This document shows positions 27,064 through 35,294 of a stretch of 60,648 nt of DNA, in pieces (position 1 is the stretch's first letter; each line of letters begins with the position of its first letter). Source of the DNA: Eubacteriales bacterium (GTDB lineage: Bacteria > Bacillota > Clostridia > Oscillospirales > UBA644); the NCBI GenBank assembly GCA_045530715.1, contig JAZSCR010000173.1, positions 1 to 60,648 on the forward strand, read 5' to 3'. A program made the translations under genes and the position numbers. The notes under the pieces were generated by a model. That model saw nothing but the letters and a program-made list of their open reading frames with translations, was not told the origin of the DNA and did no database searches.

Positions 27064-30000
27064 ATGAAACACATTACAAAAATCTTTATTTTTATCTTGG
27101 CGGTACTGCTTTTTGGGGGAATATTGGTTTCATGCACATATGATGAAGAATGGCTATATAATTCATACGTCCATTGGCAGGTCGGAGAAGACGGAGAGAC
27201 CTTAAACCAGGGGAATCATTCCGGTGGCGAAGCTACATATGAAAGAGGTCCTGTCTGTGATGTCTGCTGCATAGAATATGGAGAGCATTTGCACGAAGGA
27301 CAGGGCGCCTGGGAGATATCCTCTGCAGCACATTGGAAAAATTGTTCTTGCGGCAAAAAAACGGATATGGAGCTGCATATTTTTATTGACGGTAGCACTG
27401 ATGATAAGATCATCTGTGAAATATGTGGATTTGAATCTTCAAAACACGTTCATTATACGGAAAATGATTGGAATACAAATGCGAGTGAACACTGGAAAAC
27501 TTGCTCTTGCGGAGAGGTATTTTCTAAAGGAAAGCATTCAGGTGGGGAAGGACAGGATGGCACTGCTGTTTGCACTGTTTGCAATAGAAAGTATACTCCC
27601 GTCGGTGGCTCGAGCTCTCACGTTCATACATCCGTCAGTGGCTGGTATAGTAATTATGAACAGCATTGGCTATGGTGCACGTGCGGTGAACAATATGGAT
27701 TTGAAGCCCACTACGGAGGAATTGCTACTGTTGACGATTATGCCGTATGCGTAGCTTGCGGTCAAGAATACGGGGAGCTTTTATCCCTTGATCTTCCCGG
27801 TCTTATCCAAGGATATCATTATGGAGGGAATGCTTTCGCGTATATAATTTCTTGCGATTCTGATAAAATAGATGGGTCTGTTAGTGGCATAATTAACCGC
27901 AAGATTGATGATATGGTCGATGACTATTATCTCCCGCTTTATTGGGTGTATTATCTTAGGGAGCTCGGTTATTCGCATACAGAGACTGTTGTTGAGAATC
28001 AGAAGCAGAGAATACATTTTATATTGGACGGAGATGTTTTTTACGCTCAGGCGTATTACGACGTTCAGTATACCGCTTATGATAAAGACGGTAACGTTAT
28101 TGAGTTTTCTGAGGAACACGGAAAAAATCCCGTGGGGGATATGCTGAAAGAAAAATTTTCCGATATATATGATGTTAGAACCGGAAGAGTGGTGACGGAG
28201 AACTCGTTGATAATGGACGGCTCAACCTCCACGATCCCTCTGGAGGTTGCCTTCAGAATGGGTTATTACGGAGAAACGGGAGGAGTTGCTTCACAAAAAG
28301 TTATCCACAATACTACTTACGGTTCTTTCTACAATCTTCGTGATGGAATATGTGACCTTATATTCACAACACCCCTATCCGCACAGCAAAGAGACGAGGC
28401 AAAAAATAGAGGTCTTGACCTTGCGGAAGTGCCCATTTGTATGGAAGCTTTTGTATTTGTAGTTAATGCAAATAATCCTGTTGAAGAGCTTACTGTACAG
28501 CAGCTCAGGGATATTTATTCTGGAAAGATAACCAATTGGAAAGAGGTTGGCGGCCCCGACGCTTCTATTGAGGCGTTTCAAAGAAATGTAACGTCGGGAA
28601 GTCAGAATTATATGAAGTTCTTTATGGGGGATACTCCACTTATGGATCCCATTACTTATATTACTCCCAGCAGTATGGAAGGGTTGGTAGAGGTTTTAGC
28701 CTCATACGACAATGCTGTAAATTCCATAGGCTATAGCGTATATTCCTACGCGGCGAATATGTACGTTGACGCGGGTAAGATAAAGTTTATAAAGGTTAAC
28801 GGGATAGCTCCTACCGAGGAGACTATGGGCGACCTTTCATACCCCTTGCTTAACTATAACTACGCCGTATATGATAAGTATAACGGTAATCCCGAAATAG
28901 AAAAAATGGTCAATTGGATACTTTCTGACGAAGGTCAGAAGGCTGTTGCAGAAGGAGGCTACGTGCCCCTTCAGGGCGGCAATCTTCCAAACCGAGTTGA
29001 TACGCAGCTCGATCTTTACGATGCCGTAGGCACCGGAAGATATTCTTCTGATGTTTCTGTGCACGGACTTTCAGCGATAACATTCTATTCTCATTCCATT
29101 CACGCTGAACCTCCCGAGAAATATCTTACTGAAAGCAGCTATTTAAAAGACCAATACGGAGAAGAATATCCTATAGTATACGGTATAAAATATACTGTTG
29201 ACGGATTTGTTGATGAAACGGTTGAAGCAAAGATAAATGACTTCATCGCTACCGCTTGCGCAGAGGTTGAAGAAAAATTTGAAGAGGTCTGCGAGCAGTT
29301 TCTGGTAGCTCATGTAAATAACGATCGCTATGTTAGGTTGGCAGATGAATGGACTATGGAAGGATTTAGCACACCAATAGTTCGGCCCTCAAAAGTAGAG
29401 ATCAGGGGACAAAATGGATATCTATCCGTAATCGTTCATTCTGGATTCAGTACCACGGTGAATGATGATGACATTTATTATCGCTATTATACAAAGACTG
29501 CTACCTTTGATCTTCGTACAGGAAATAGAATAGAAAGGCTCTCGGATCTCTTCCCCGAAGGTGTTGAATTTGTGGATAAGCTTAATGATTCTATCCTGTA
29601 CAGCATCGATGAGATATCCGGTGATATTTTCGGATCTGCATACAATATAGACGGAGAATTCTTAGCTCTTACTGAGGCAGACGTTGAAAACTTTACCTGC
29701 AACAGTGTTATTTTTCCCTTTGGAAGTTCCGCTGCAAGTTGGGGGCTTGAAGTCGAATTCTCCGTAGAATCGTTGGTTTCTGAATACTGTGATATGCATC
29801 AGTTTTTTACCGAGGAGTTTAAAGGACGGTTTTGGGGCTCAACAACTGTTACCCAGTCTCTCGGAACGGAAAAAAGTGTTTCTATCGGAGGTAGCAGCCT
29901 TGCGGGAGTATACTATCCGTCAGACGCAGACTCTGCTTTGATAAAAGCTGCAAAATATCTTGCCGAATACGTAGAGCAGTTCGTGAGCGAAGATATCGCC

Positions 30001-30468
30001 CTTAAAATGTACCACGATGCGGGACATACAAACGTGGTAAGGGTGGAATACGCTTTCCCAAAATTCCTTCCCAAAAAGGTTGGGGATTTATTCTACTGTT
30101 TCTCTCAGAGAGAAGATGTGTGGGAAAACATATATTATGCTTACGATGCTGACGGGAACAGAGTGTTCGATGAAAAACTGATGGTAGGATATTCAGAGCT
30201 TCAAGATATCGACAAGACATTCTATTTTCATCAGAGTACAGGCGAGCCTGTAATAGTAAAGCTTAAAGATGGCTGGGAAGAGGATGCCATCGTATATAGT
30301 CAGACTGACGGGCAGGAATGGACGTATCAGGAGCTTGCAGACATAATAACGGTCATTCCCGAAGACCTGAACTTTTTCACGGGAAGGTATTTCACACGCG
30401 TGAAAATCAATGATAAATGGCATTCTGTCTACGTTAATATTCCTTTAAGTTATATCGTTCTTGAATAA
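27064..30468 (+). CDS. Large (~1134 aa) multidomain lipoprotein of unknown function: Cys/His repeats, a PstS-like (PBP_like_2) domain and RsiV/PdaC-like modules
   Basis: GAAAGGAG RBS 8 nt before the ATG at 27064. The signal peptide MKHITKIFIFILAVLLFGGILVSC ends in an LVSC lipobox. The central region matches the PstS family (DGSTSTIPL, NPVEELTVQQLRDIYSGKITNWKEVGG, QRNVTSGS). The gene is bounded by its own promoter and a 24-bp hairpin. Confidence 0.8.
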   Translation: MKHITKIFIFILAVLLFGGILVSCTYDEEWLYNSYVHWQVGEDGETLNQGNHSGGEATYERGPVCDVCCIEYGEHLHEGQGAWEISSAAHWKNCSCGKKTDMELHIFIDGSTDDKIICEICGFESSKHVHYTENDWNTNASEHWKTCSCGEVFSKGKHSGGEGQDGTAVCTVCNRKYTPVGGSSSHVHTSVSGWYSNYEQHWLWCTCGEQYGFEAHYGGIATVDDYAVCVACGQEYGELLSLDLPGLIQGYHYGGNAFAYIISCDSDKIDGSVSGIINRKIDDMVDDYYLPLYWVYYLRELGYSHTETVVENQKQRIHFILDGDVFYAQAYYDVQYTAYDKDGNVIEFSEEHGKNPVGDMLKEKFSDIYDVRTGRVVTENSLIMDGSTSTIPLEVAFRMGYYGETGGVASQKVIHNTTYGSFYNLRDGICDLIFTTPLSAQQRDEAKNRGLDLAEVPICMEAFVFVVNANNPVEELTVQQLRDIYSGKITNWKEVGGPDASIEAFQRNVTSGSQNYMKFFMGDTPLMDPITYITPSSMEGLVEVLASYDNAVNSIGYSVYSYAANMYVDAGKIKFIKVNGIAPTEETMGDLSYPLLNYNYAVYDKYNGNPEIEKMVNWILSDEGQKAVAEGGYVPLQGGNLPNRVDTQLDLYDAVGTGRYSSDVSVHGLSAITFYSHSIHAEPPEKYLTESSYLKDQYGEEYPIVYGIKYTVDGFVDETVEAKINDFIATACAEVEEKFEEVCEQFLVAHVNNDRYVRLADEWTMEGFSTPIVRPSKVEIRGQNGYLSVIVHSGFSTTVNDDDIYYRYYTKTATFDLRTGNRIERLSDLFPEGVEFVDKLNDSILYSIDEISGDIFGSAYNIDGEFLALTEADVENFTCNSVIFPFGSSAASWGLEVEFSVESLVSEYCDMHQFFTEEFKGRFWGSTTVTQSLGTEKSVSIGGSSLAGVYYPSDADSALIKAAKYLAEYVEQFVSEDIALKMYHDAGHTNVVRVEYAFPKFLPKKVGDLFYCFSQREDVWENIYYAYDADGNRVFDEKLMVGYSELQDIDKTFYFHQSTGEPVIVKLKDGWEEDAIVYSQTDGQEWTYQELADIITVIPEDLNFFTGRYFTRVKINDKWHSVYVNIPLSYIVLE
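27172..27783 (+). repeat. Four tandem intragenic repeats of about 53-58 codons encoding the HW-x2-CxCG ... H ... CxxC ... HxH module
   Basis: HW occurs at ORF residues 45, 98, 151 and 209. The motifs HWKNCSCGK, HWKTCSCGE and HWLWCTCGE are each followed by CxxC. At the DNA level, 27331-27353 and 27490-27512 are identical at 20 of 23 positions. Confidence 0.8.
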
Positions 30469-30472
30469 TAGT

Positions 30473-30524
30473 CAGAATAAGAGAGGAACGGAGCCCGTCA
30501 GGGCTCCGTTCCTCTCTTATTCTG
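30473..30524. terminator. Bidirectional terminator, a 24-bp perfect inverted repeat between the convergent lipoprotein and pgm genes
   Basis: cagaataagagaggaacggagccc, loop gtca, then gggctccgttcctctcttattctg. Confidence 0.8.
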
Positions 30525-32201
30525 TTAATTTCTCACGTAGCTTCCAAACTCCTCAACGAAGTCGTTGAGCTTTCTTTGAGCCTGGACGTCATTTTCGCCC
30601 TTGGTCATTACGTATACCTTTATTTTGGGCTCCGTGCCCGAGGGTCTTATGACGAGGACTGTGCCGTCTTCAAGCTTATAATAAAGCATATTTGACTTGG
30701 GAAGTCCCCAAAGACCTTGGCTGAAGTCAAGCACTTCGTTTACCTTGTATCCGCATACTTTTTCGGGATATTCTTGGCGGAGAGAAGCTATTTTTTCGGC
30801 CATCAGCTTGAGGGGAGAGGCTCCTTTTATAAGGATATCCACCGTTTTTTCTCTGAAGTAACCGTGCTTTTCAAAAAGCTGCATCAGTACGTCGTAGAGG
30901 GTGAGCCCCTTTTCTTTGTAGAAGGCGGCGGCCTCTGCTACTATAAGGGCGGCCACAACGGCGTCCTTATCCCTCGCGTGTTCGCCTATAAGGGAGCCGT
31001 AGCTCTCCTCGTAGCCGAATATATATTTATATTCGCCGCTTGCGTTAAACTGCTCTATTTTTTCGCCTATAAACTTAAAGCCCGTAAGGACGTTAAATAC
31101 GGCAATGCCTTCTTTTTTGCATATCTCTGCGCCAAGCTCGGAGGTTACCACCGTCTTTACCATGGCTCCGTTTTTGGGGAGAGTGCCTTTTGCCTTGTTA
31201 GAGCTTATGATATATTCAAGAAGTATTGCGCCCGTCTGATTTCCTGTGAGGACCTCAAATTCGCCCTCCTTGTTTCTTACCAGTACGCCTATTCTGTCGG
31301 CATCAGGGTCGGTACCGATTATAAGCTCCGCGTCCTTTTCCTTTGCCAAGTGCATAGCGCCGGCAAACCCCTCAATATGCTCGGGGTTAGGGGATATGAC
31401 TGTGGGGAAGTTACCGTTAGGGTCCATTTGAGAGGGAACGGGAATAACGTTTGTAAAACCTGCTCTCTTGAGGACTTCGGGAACCAATCTCAATCCCGTG
31501 CCGTGGAAGGGGGTATATACTATGGGCAGGTCAGACTGTCTTTTGCAGACCTCGGGAGTGATTTGTGCTTTCAGTATGGCGGAAAGATATTTTTCGTCAA
31601 ACTCTTCTCCCAGAACGGTAACGTGGCTTTCGTATTCTTCCTTTGTGGGGAGTTTGGCAAAGAAAACGTCGTTTTGGTTCATTACAGAGGCAATCTTATC
31701 CGCCTGCTGTAGTGATATCTGTGCTCCGTCGCTCCAATACACCTTATAGCCGTTATACTGCCTGGGGTTATGAGATGCGGTGATATTTATACCTGCGGTA
31801 CAGCCAAGCTCTCTTACTGCAAAGGACAGCTCGGGGGTGGGACGGAGGGTCTCAAAAAGATAGGTCTTTATTCCGTTTGCCGCAAATACCTCCGCCGTTC
31901 TTTTTGCAAATTCGGGTGACATTATGCGGCTGTCGTAAGCGATAACGGCGCCTTTTTTTGCGCCGTCGGGTTCTCTGAGTATGAGCTCTGCCACAGCCTG
32001 AGATGCATGGGCAACGGTGTAAAGATTCATTCTGTTTGTACCGGGGCCTAATATTCCTCTGAGGCCTGCGGTTCCGAAATTAAGATAAGAGGAGAACCGT
32101 TCTTCTATATCGTAATCTGAAAAAAGACTGAGCTCATTCTTTGTTTCGTTATCAATAACGGGAGAATTAAGCCAACTTGTATATGTCCGCTGAGCATTCA
32201 T
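30525..32201 (-). CDS. pgm: Phospho-sugar mutase (phosphoglucomutase/phosphomannomutase family)
   Basis: Active-site motif TASHNP (GINITASHNPRQYNGYKV) and metal loop DPDADR. I prefer the ATG at 32201 (MNAQRTY...) because the ORF-track TTG start at 32243 overlaps the upstream gene. Confidence 0.88.
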   Translation of the reverse strand: MNAQRTYTSWLNSPVIDNETKNELSLFSDYDIEERFSSYLNFGTAGLRGILGPGTNRMNLYTVAHASQAVAELILREPDGAKKGAVIAYDSRIMSPEFAKRTAEVFAANGIKTYLFETLRPTPELSFAVRELGCTAGINITASHNPRQYNGYKVYWSDGAQISLQQADKIASVMNQNDVFFAKLPTKEEYESHVTVLGEEFDEKYLSAILKAQITPEVCKRQSDLPIVYTPFHGTGLRLVPEVLKRAGFTNVIPVPSQMDPNGNFPTVISPNPEHIEGFAGAMHLAKEKDAELIIGTDPDADRIGVLVRNKEGEFEVLTGNQTGAILLEYIISSNKAKGTLPKNGAMVKTVVTSELGAEICKKEGIAVFNVLTGFKFIGEKIEQFNASGEYKYIFGYEESYGSLIGEHARDKDAVVAALIVAEAAAFYKEKGLTLYDVLMQLFEKHGYFREKTVDILIKGASPLKLMAEKIASLRQEYPEKVCGYKVNEVLDFSQGLWGLPKSNMLYYKLEDGTVLVIRPSGTEPKIKVYVMTKGENDVQAQRKLNDFVEEFGSYVRN

Positions 32202-32232
32202 CGTATGCAGATACCTTTCGCTTTTATTGGCT

Positions 32233-32487
32233 CTACTGCGCAAGGGCTTCCTCCAGCGCGGTAGCGAGCTGATCGGGGCAGGATGTGGGTCTGGGACCGC
32301 AGCAGGTACCCTTGAGTCTGGCTATGACGTCTTCTGCCTTCATTCCGACTACCAGCTGGGCAATACCTTTGGTGTTGCCGTTACAACCGCCTACAAACTC
32401 TGCCTTTTCAATTATATTATTGTCATTTAGGACAAGTTTTATAGCTCTGGAACATGTCCCTTTAGTTTTATATTCAATAGTCTTCAT
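32233..32487 (-). CDS. TSCPD-domain small protein (TIGR03905-like)
   Basis: An 84-aa ORF with GGCNGNTKG and TSCPDQL motifs. Confidence 0.7.
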   Translation of the reverse strand: MKTIEYKTKGTCSRAIKLVLNDNNIIEKAEFVGGCNGNTKGIAQLVVGMKAEDVIARLKGTCCGPRPTSCPDQLATALEEALAQ

Positions 32488-32519
32488 TTTTATTCCTTTC
32501 TTTAAACAATTCGGGTGAA

Positions 32520-32954
32520 TTATTTATGATAAGTTATATTATTTTGTATTGTGAACGCTCTGTATATCTGTTCGAGAAGAATTACCCTCATGAGTTGATG
32601 GGGGAATGTAAACTCGGAAAATGATAGCTTGAAGTTTGCCTTTTGCTTTACTTCTGCGGAAAGTCCCTCTGAACTGCCTATGATAAAGGTTATCTCGGAG
32701 GTCTGCATGGTAAGCTTATCTATTTTTTCTGCAAGAGCTTCGCTTGTCATCTGAGTTCCTTCAACGCAAAGAGCGATATTGTAGCCCTTCATTTTTGAGA
32801 GTATCTTTTCTTTTTCCTTTTCGGGAGTCTGCTCTGGAAGTTCAATTACCGTAAGGCGGCAGAATCGGGAAAGTCGCTTTTCGTATTCTGCGGCGGCTTC
32901 TCTGAGCCATTTTTCTTTAAGGTTGCCTACGCAAAGAATATTTACATTTATCAT
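32520..32954 (-). CDS. rlmH: 23S rRNA (pseudouridine1915-N3)-methyltransferase RlmH
   Basis: SPOUT-family pattern: MINVNILCVGNLKE, GSSEGLS and a C-terminal ITYHK-like tail. Confidence 0.85.
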   Translation of the reverse strand: MINVNILCVGNLKEKWLREAAAEYEKRLSRFCRLTVIELPEQTPEKEKEKILSKMKGYNIALCVEGTQMTSEALAEKIDKLTMQTSEITFIIGSSEGLSAEVKQKANFKLSFSEFTFPHQLMRVILLEQIYRAFTIQNNITYHK

Positions 32955-32967
32955 ATATTCTTCTCCT

Positions 32968-33777
32968 TTAAAGGACTATAATGCCCGAGGGGTTATTGCG
33001 AGGGGCAACGCTTATGTATACGTCCCCCTGACCTTTAGCCAAGCCTATGACGGCGCCGGTCTTTGCCAGAGTGGATGATACCGTTTCCAGAGCAAGAGTG
33101 GGAAGATTGTTTTCTGCGCTCAGGTGGGCGAGAATAACGTTTTTGATTCCTTTATCGCATACCGATGTGAGGAATTCTCCCGCTTGAAGATTTGAAAGAT
33201 GTCCATGGGAACCGCCGACTCTACTCTTCAGAAGTGGGGGATATCTACCGTTCCAAAGCATATCGAGGTCGTGGTTCGATTCCAGAATAAGGGTGTTGCA
33301 GTCGGATGCCGCGGTAAGGATATCCTCATTGTATTCCCCAAGGTCGGTGATTATTCCCACGTTCCCCTTTTGGGTTTTTATTATGTAGCCAACACTTTCT
33401 GCAGCATCGTGAGAGGTGGAAATTGAGGTTATCTCAAAATCTCCCTTTACTGCCCTTGCACCCGTGGGCATACACCTGAAAAGTGAGGAATCTATATCTG
33501 GGATGGCGTTTTCTATGGCATTAAGGGTTCTCGCATTTGCAATAACGGGGATATTGTAATGCTTGAGCACTGTTTTCAGACCGCTGATATGGTCGCTGTG
33601 TTCGTGAGTTATGAAAACGGCCTCAATTTTATCCAAAGAGGATTCGATGCTGTTCAGCGCGGCTTCAGTTTTTTTTACGCCACCGCCCACGTCTATCAGA
33701 ATACCTCTTCCGTTTACTTCAACGTATGTGCTGTTCGCACTACTGCCGCTGAATAGTGTGGAAACTTTTACATCCAT
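32968..33777 (-). CDS. MBL-fold metallo-hydrolase (YycJ/WalJ-like)
   Basis: THEHSDH motif. I prefer the start at the internal ATG (MDVKVSTLFSGSSANS), which matches the usual N-terminus of the family. The ORF-track start at 33819 is a TTG with no RBS. Confidence 0.8.
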   Translation of the reverse strand: MDVKVSTLFSGSSANSTYVEVNGRGILIDVGGGVKKTEAALNSIESSLDKIEAVFITHEHSDHISGLKTVLKHYNIPVIANARTLNAIENAIPDIDSSLFRCMPTGARAVKGDFEITSISTSHDAAESVGYIIKTQKGNVGIITDLGEYNEDILTAASDCNTLILESNHDLDMLWNGRYPPLLKSRVGGSHGHLSNLQAGEFLTSVCDKGIKNVILAHLSAENNLPTLALETVSSTLAKTGAVIGLAKGQGDVYISVAPRNNPSGIIVL

Positions 33778-33865
33778 TACCGATTTCTTTCTGTAACTAT
33801 ATCTAAAATGAAAGTTCAAATGCGACCTATCATCGACGGATGCGGTTACATTTGAACTTTAAAGG

Positions 33866-35173
33866 TCATCCTATCTGTCTGGATTCTTCAACTTGCTTAA
33901 GGGGCTCGTCCTCTTCGGACACCTTTTGTATTGCGGCGCCGAGGGAGCGAAGCTTTTGAACAAGATCCTCGTATCCTCTTTCGACGTGCTTTATATTGCC
34001 GACCTCGGTTATTCCTTCTGCGCAAAGTCCTGCAATTACCAATGCCACGCCTGCGCGGAGGTCACAAGCGTTTACCGTCGTGCCCTGTATCTTTTCCACG
34101 CCTTCGACTACGCACATTCTGCCGTCAACTTCTGCCTTTGCGCCCATTCGGCGGAGTTCGTCGATATATCTGAATCTATTATCCCAAACACCCTCGGTAA
34201 CTATTGAGGTACCTTCTGCAAGACAGAGCATGGTGGTTATCTGGGGCTGCATATCGGTGGGGAATCCGGGGTAGGGAAGGGTCTTTATGTTATTCTTTTT
34301 GAGTCTGATCTTCTTATCTCTTGAAACGATCACGTAATCGTCACCTTCGGTAACGGTGGCTCCGCATTCTTCAAGCTTTGCTGCAATGGTTTCAAGATGC
34401 TTGGGGATAACGTTGGATATTCTTACCGCACCGCCTACAGCTGCAGCAGCAACCATATAGGTACCTGCTTCGATCTGGTCGGGGATTATGGTATAGGTCT
34501 TGCCCGTAAGCTTCTTTACGCCGCGAATCTTAATAATATCGGTACCTGCGCCCTTTATGTCGGCGCCCATAACGTTAAGGAAGTTTGCCGTGTCAACTAT
34601 ATGGGGCTCTTTGTTTGCGTTATCAATAATGGTGGTGCCCTCTGCAAGAACTGCCGCAAGCATAATATTTATGGTTGCGCCAACGCTTCGTACATCCATG
34701 TATATGTTCGTGCCTTCAAGCTTTTCGGCCTTTGCGTTGATGATTCCGTGCTCTATTTTTATTTTTGCACCGAGAGCCTCAAAGCCCTTGATATGCTGGT
34801 CAATGGGGCGGACACCGAAGTCACAACCGCCGGGAAGGCCAACCTTTGCCTGCTTGAATCGGCCAAGAAGAGCGCCTATAAGATAATAGGATGCTCTCAT
34901 TCTTCTGATAGAGTCGAAATCTGCAACGAAGCTGTTTATGGGGGAACAGTCTATTCTTGCAGTGGTTTTGTTGAGGAATTCCACGGACGCTCCCATGCTT
35001 TTGAGAATATCAAGCATAAGCATAACGTCGCTTACTCTCGGAACATTTTCAATCACGCAGGGGCCGCTGACTAAAATCGTAGCGGGGATTATCGCTACTG
35101 CAGCATTTTTGCCGCCGCTGATAGATACCTCTCCGTGAAGAGGTTTTCCACCGGATATAACGTACTTTTCCAT
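33866..35173 (-). CDS. murA: UDP-N-acetylglucosamine 1-carboxyvinyltransferase
   Basis: A 435-aa ORF with [22 protein letters not shown] and PGFPTDMQ motifs. Confidence 0.93.
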   Translation of the reverse strand: MEKYVISGGKPLHGEVSISGGKNAAVAIIPATILVSGPCVIENVPRVSDVMLMLDILKSMGASVEFLNKTTARIDCSPINSFVADFDSIRRMRASYYLIGALLGRFKQAKVGLPGGCDFGVRPIDQHIKGFEALGAKIKIEHGIINAKAEKLEGTNIYMDVRSVGATINIMLAAVLAEGTTIIDNANKEPHIVDTANFLNVMGADIKGAGTDIIKIRGVKKLTGKTYTIIPDQIEAGTYMVAAAAVGGAVRISNVIPKHLETIAAKLEECGATVTEGDDYVIVSRDKKIRLKKNNIKTLPYPGFPTDMQPQITTMLCLAEGTSIVTEGVWDNRFRYIDELRRMGAKAEVDGRMCVVEGVEKIQGTTVNACDLRAGVALVIAGLCAEGITEVGNIKHVERGYEDLVQKLRSLGAAIQKVSEEDEPLKQVEESRQIG

Positions 35174-35294
35174 AGTATACCGGATTCCTTTCGTTTTATT
35201 TTGTGTGTGTTGTGGTTTGTGTGTTTTTCTTCGGCCTTATTATGCTGAAAAAATCAGATTTTAAGCCTTGTATTTTATTGCTATTTTTTTACGA

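Noticed and set aside
28301-28309. A perfect DnaA-box consensus, TTATCCACA.
   Set aside because: It is a single isolated copy inside the lipoprotein coding sequence. There is no cluster, no AT-rich unwinding element and no dnaA/dnaN context, so it is chance rather than an origin.
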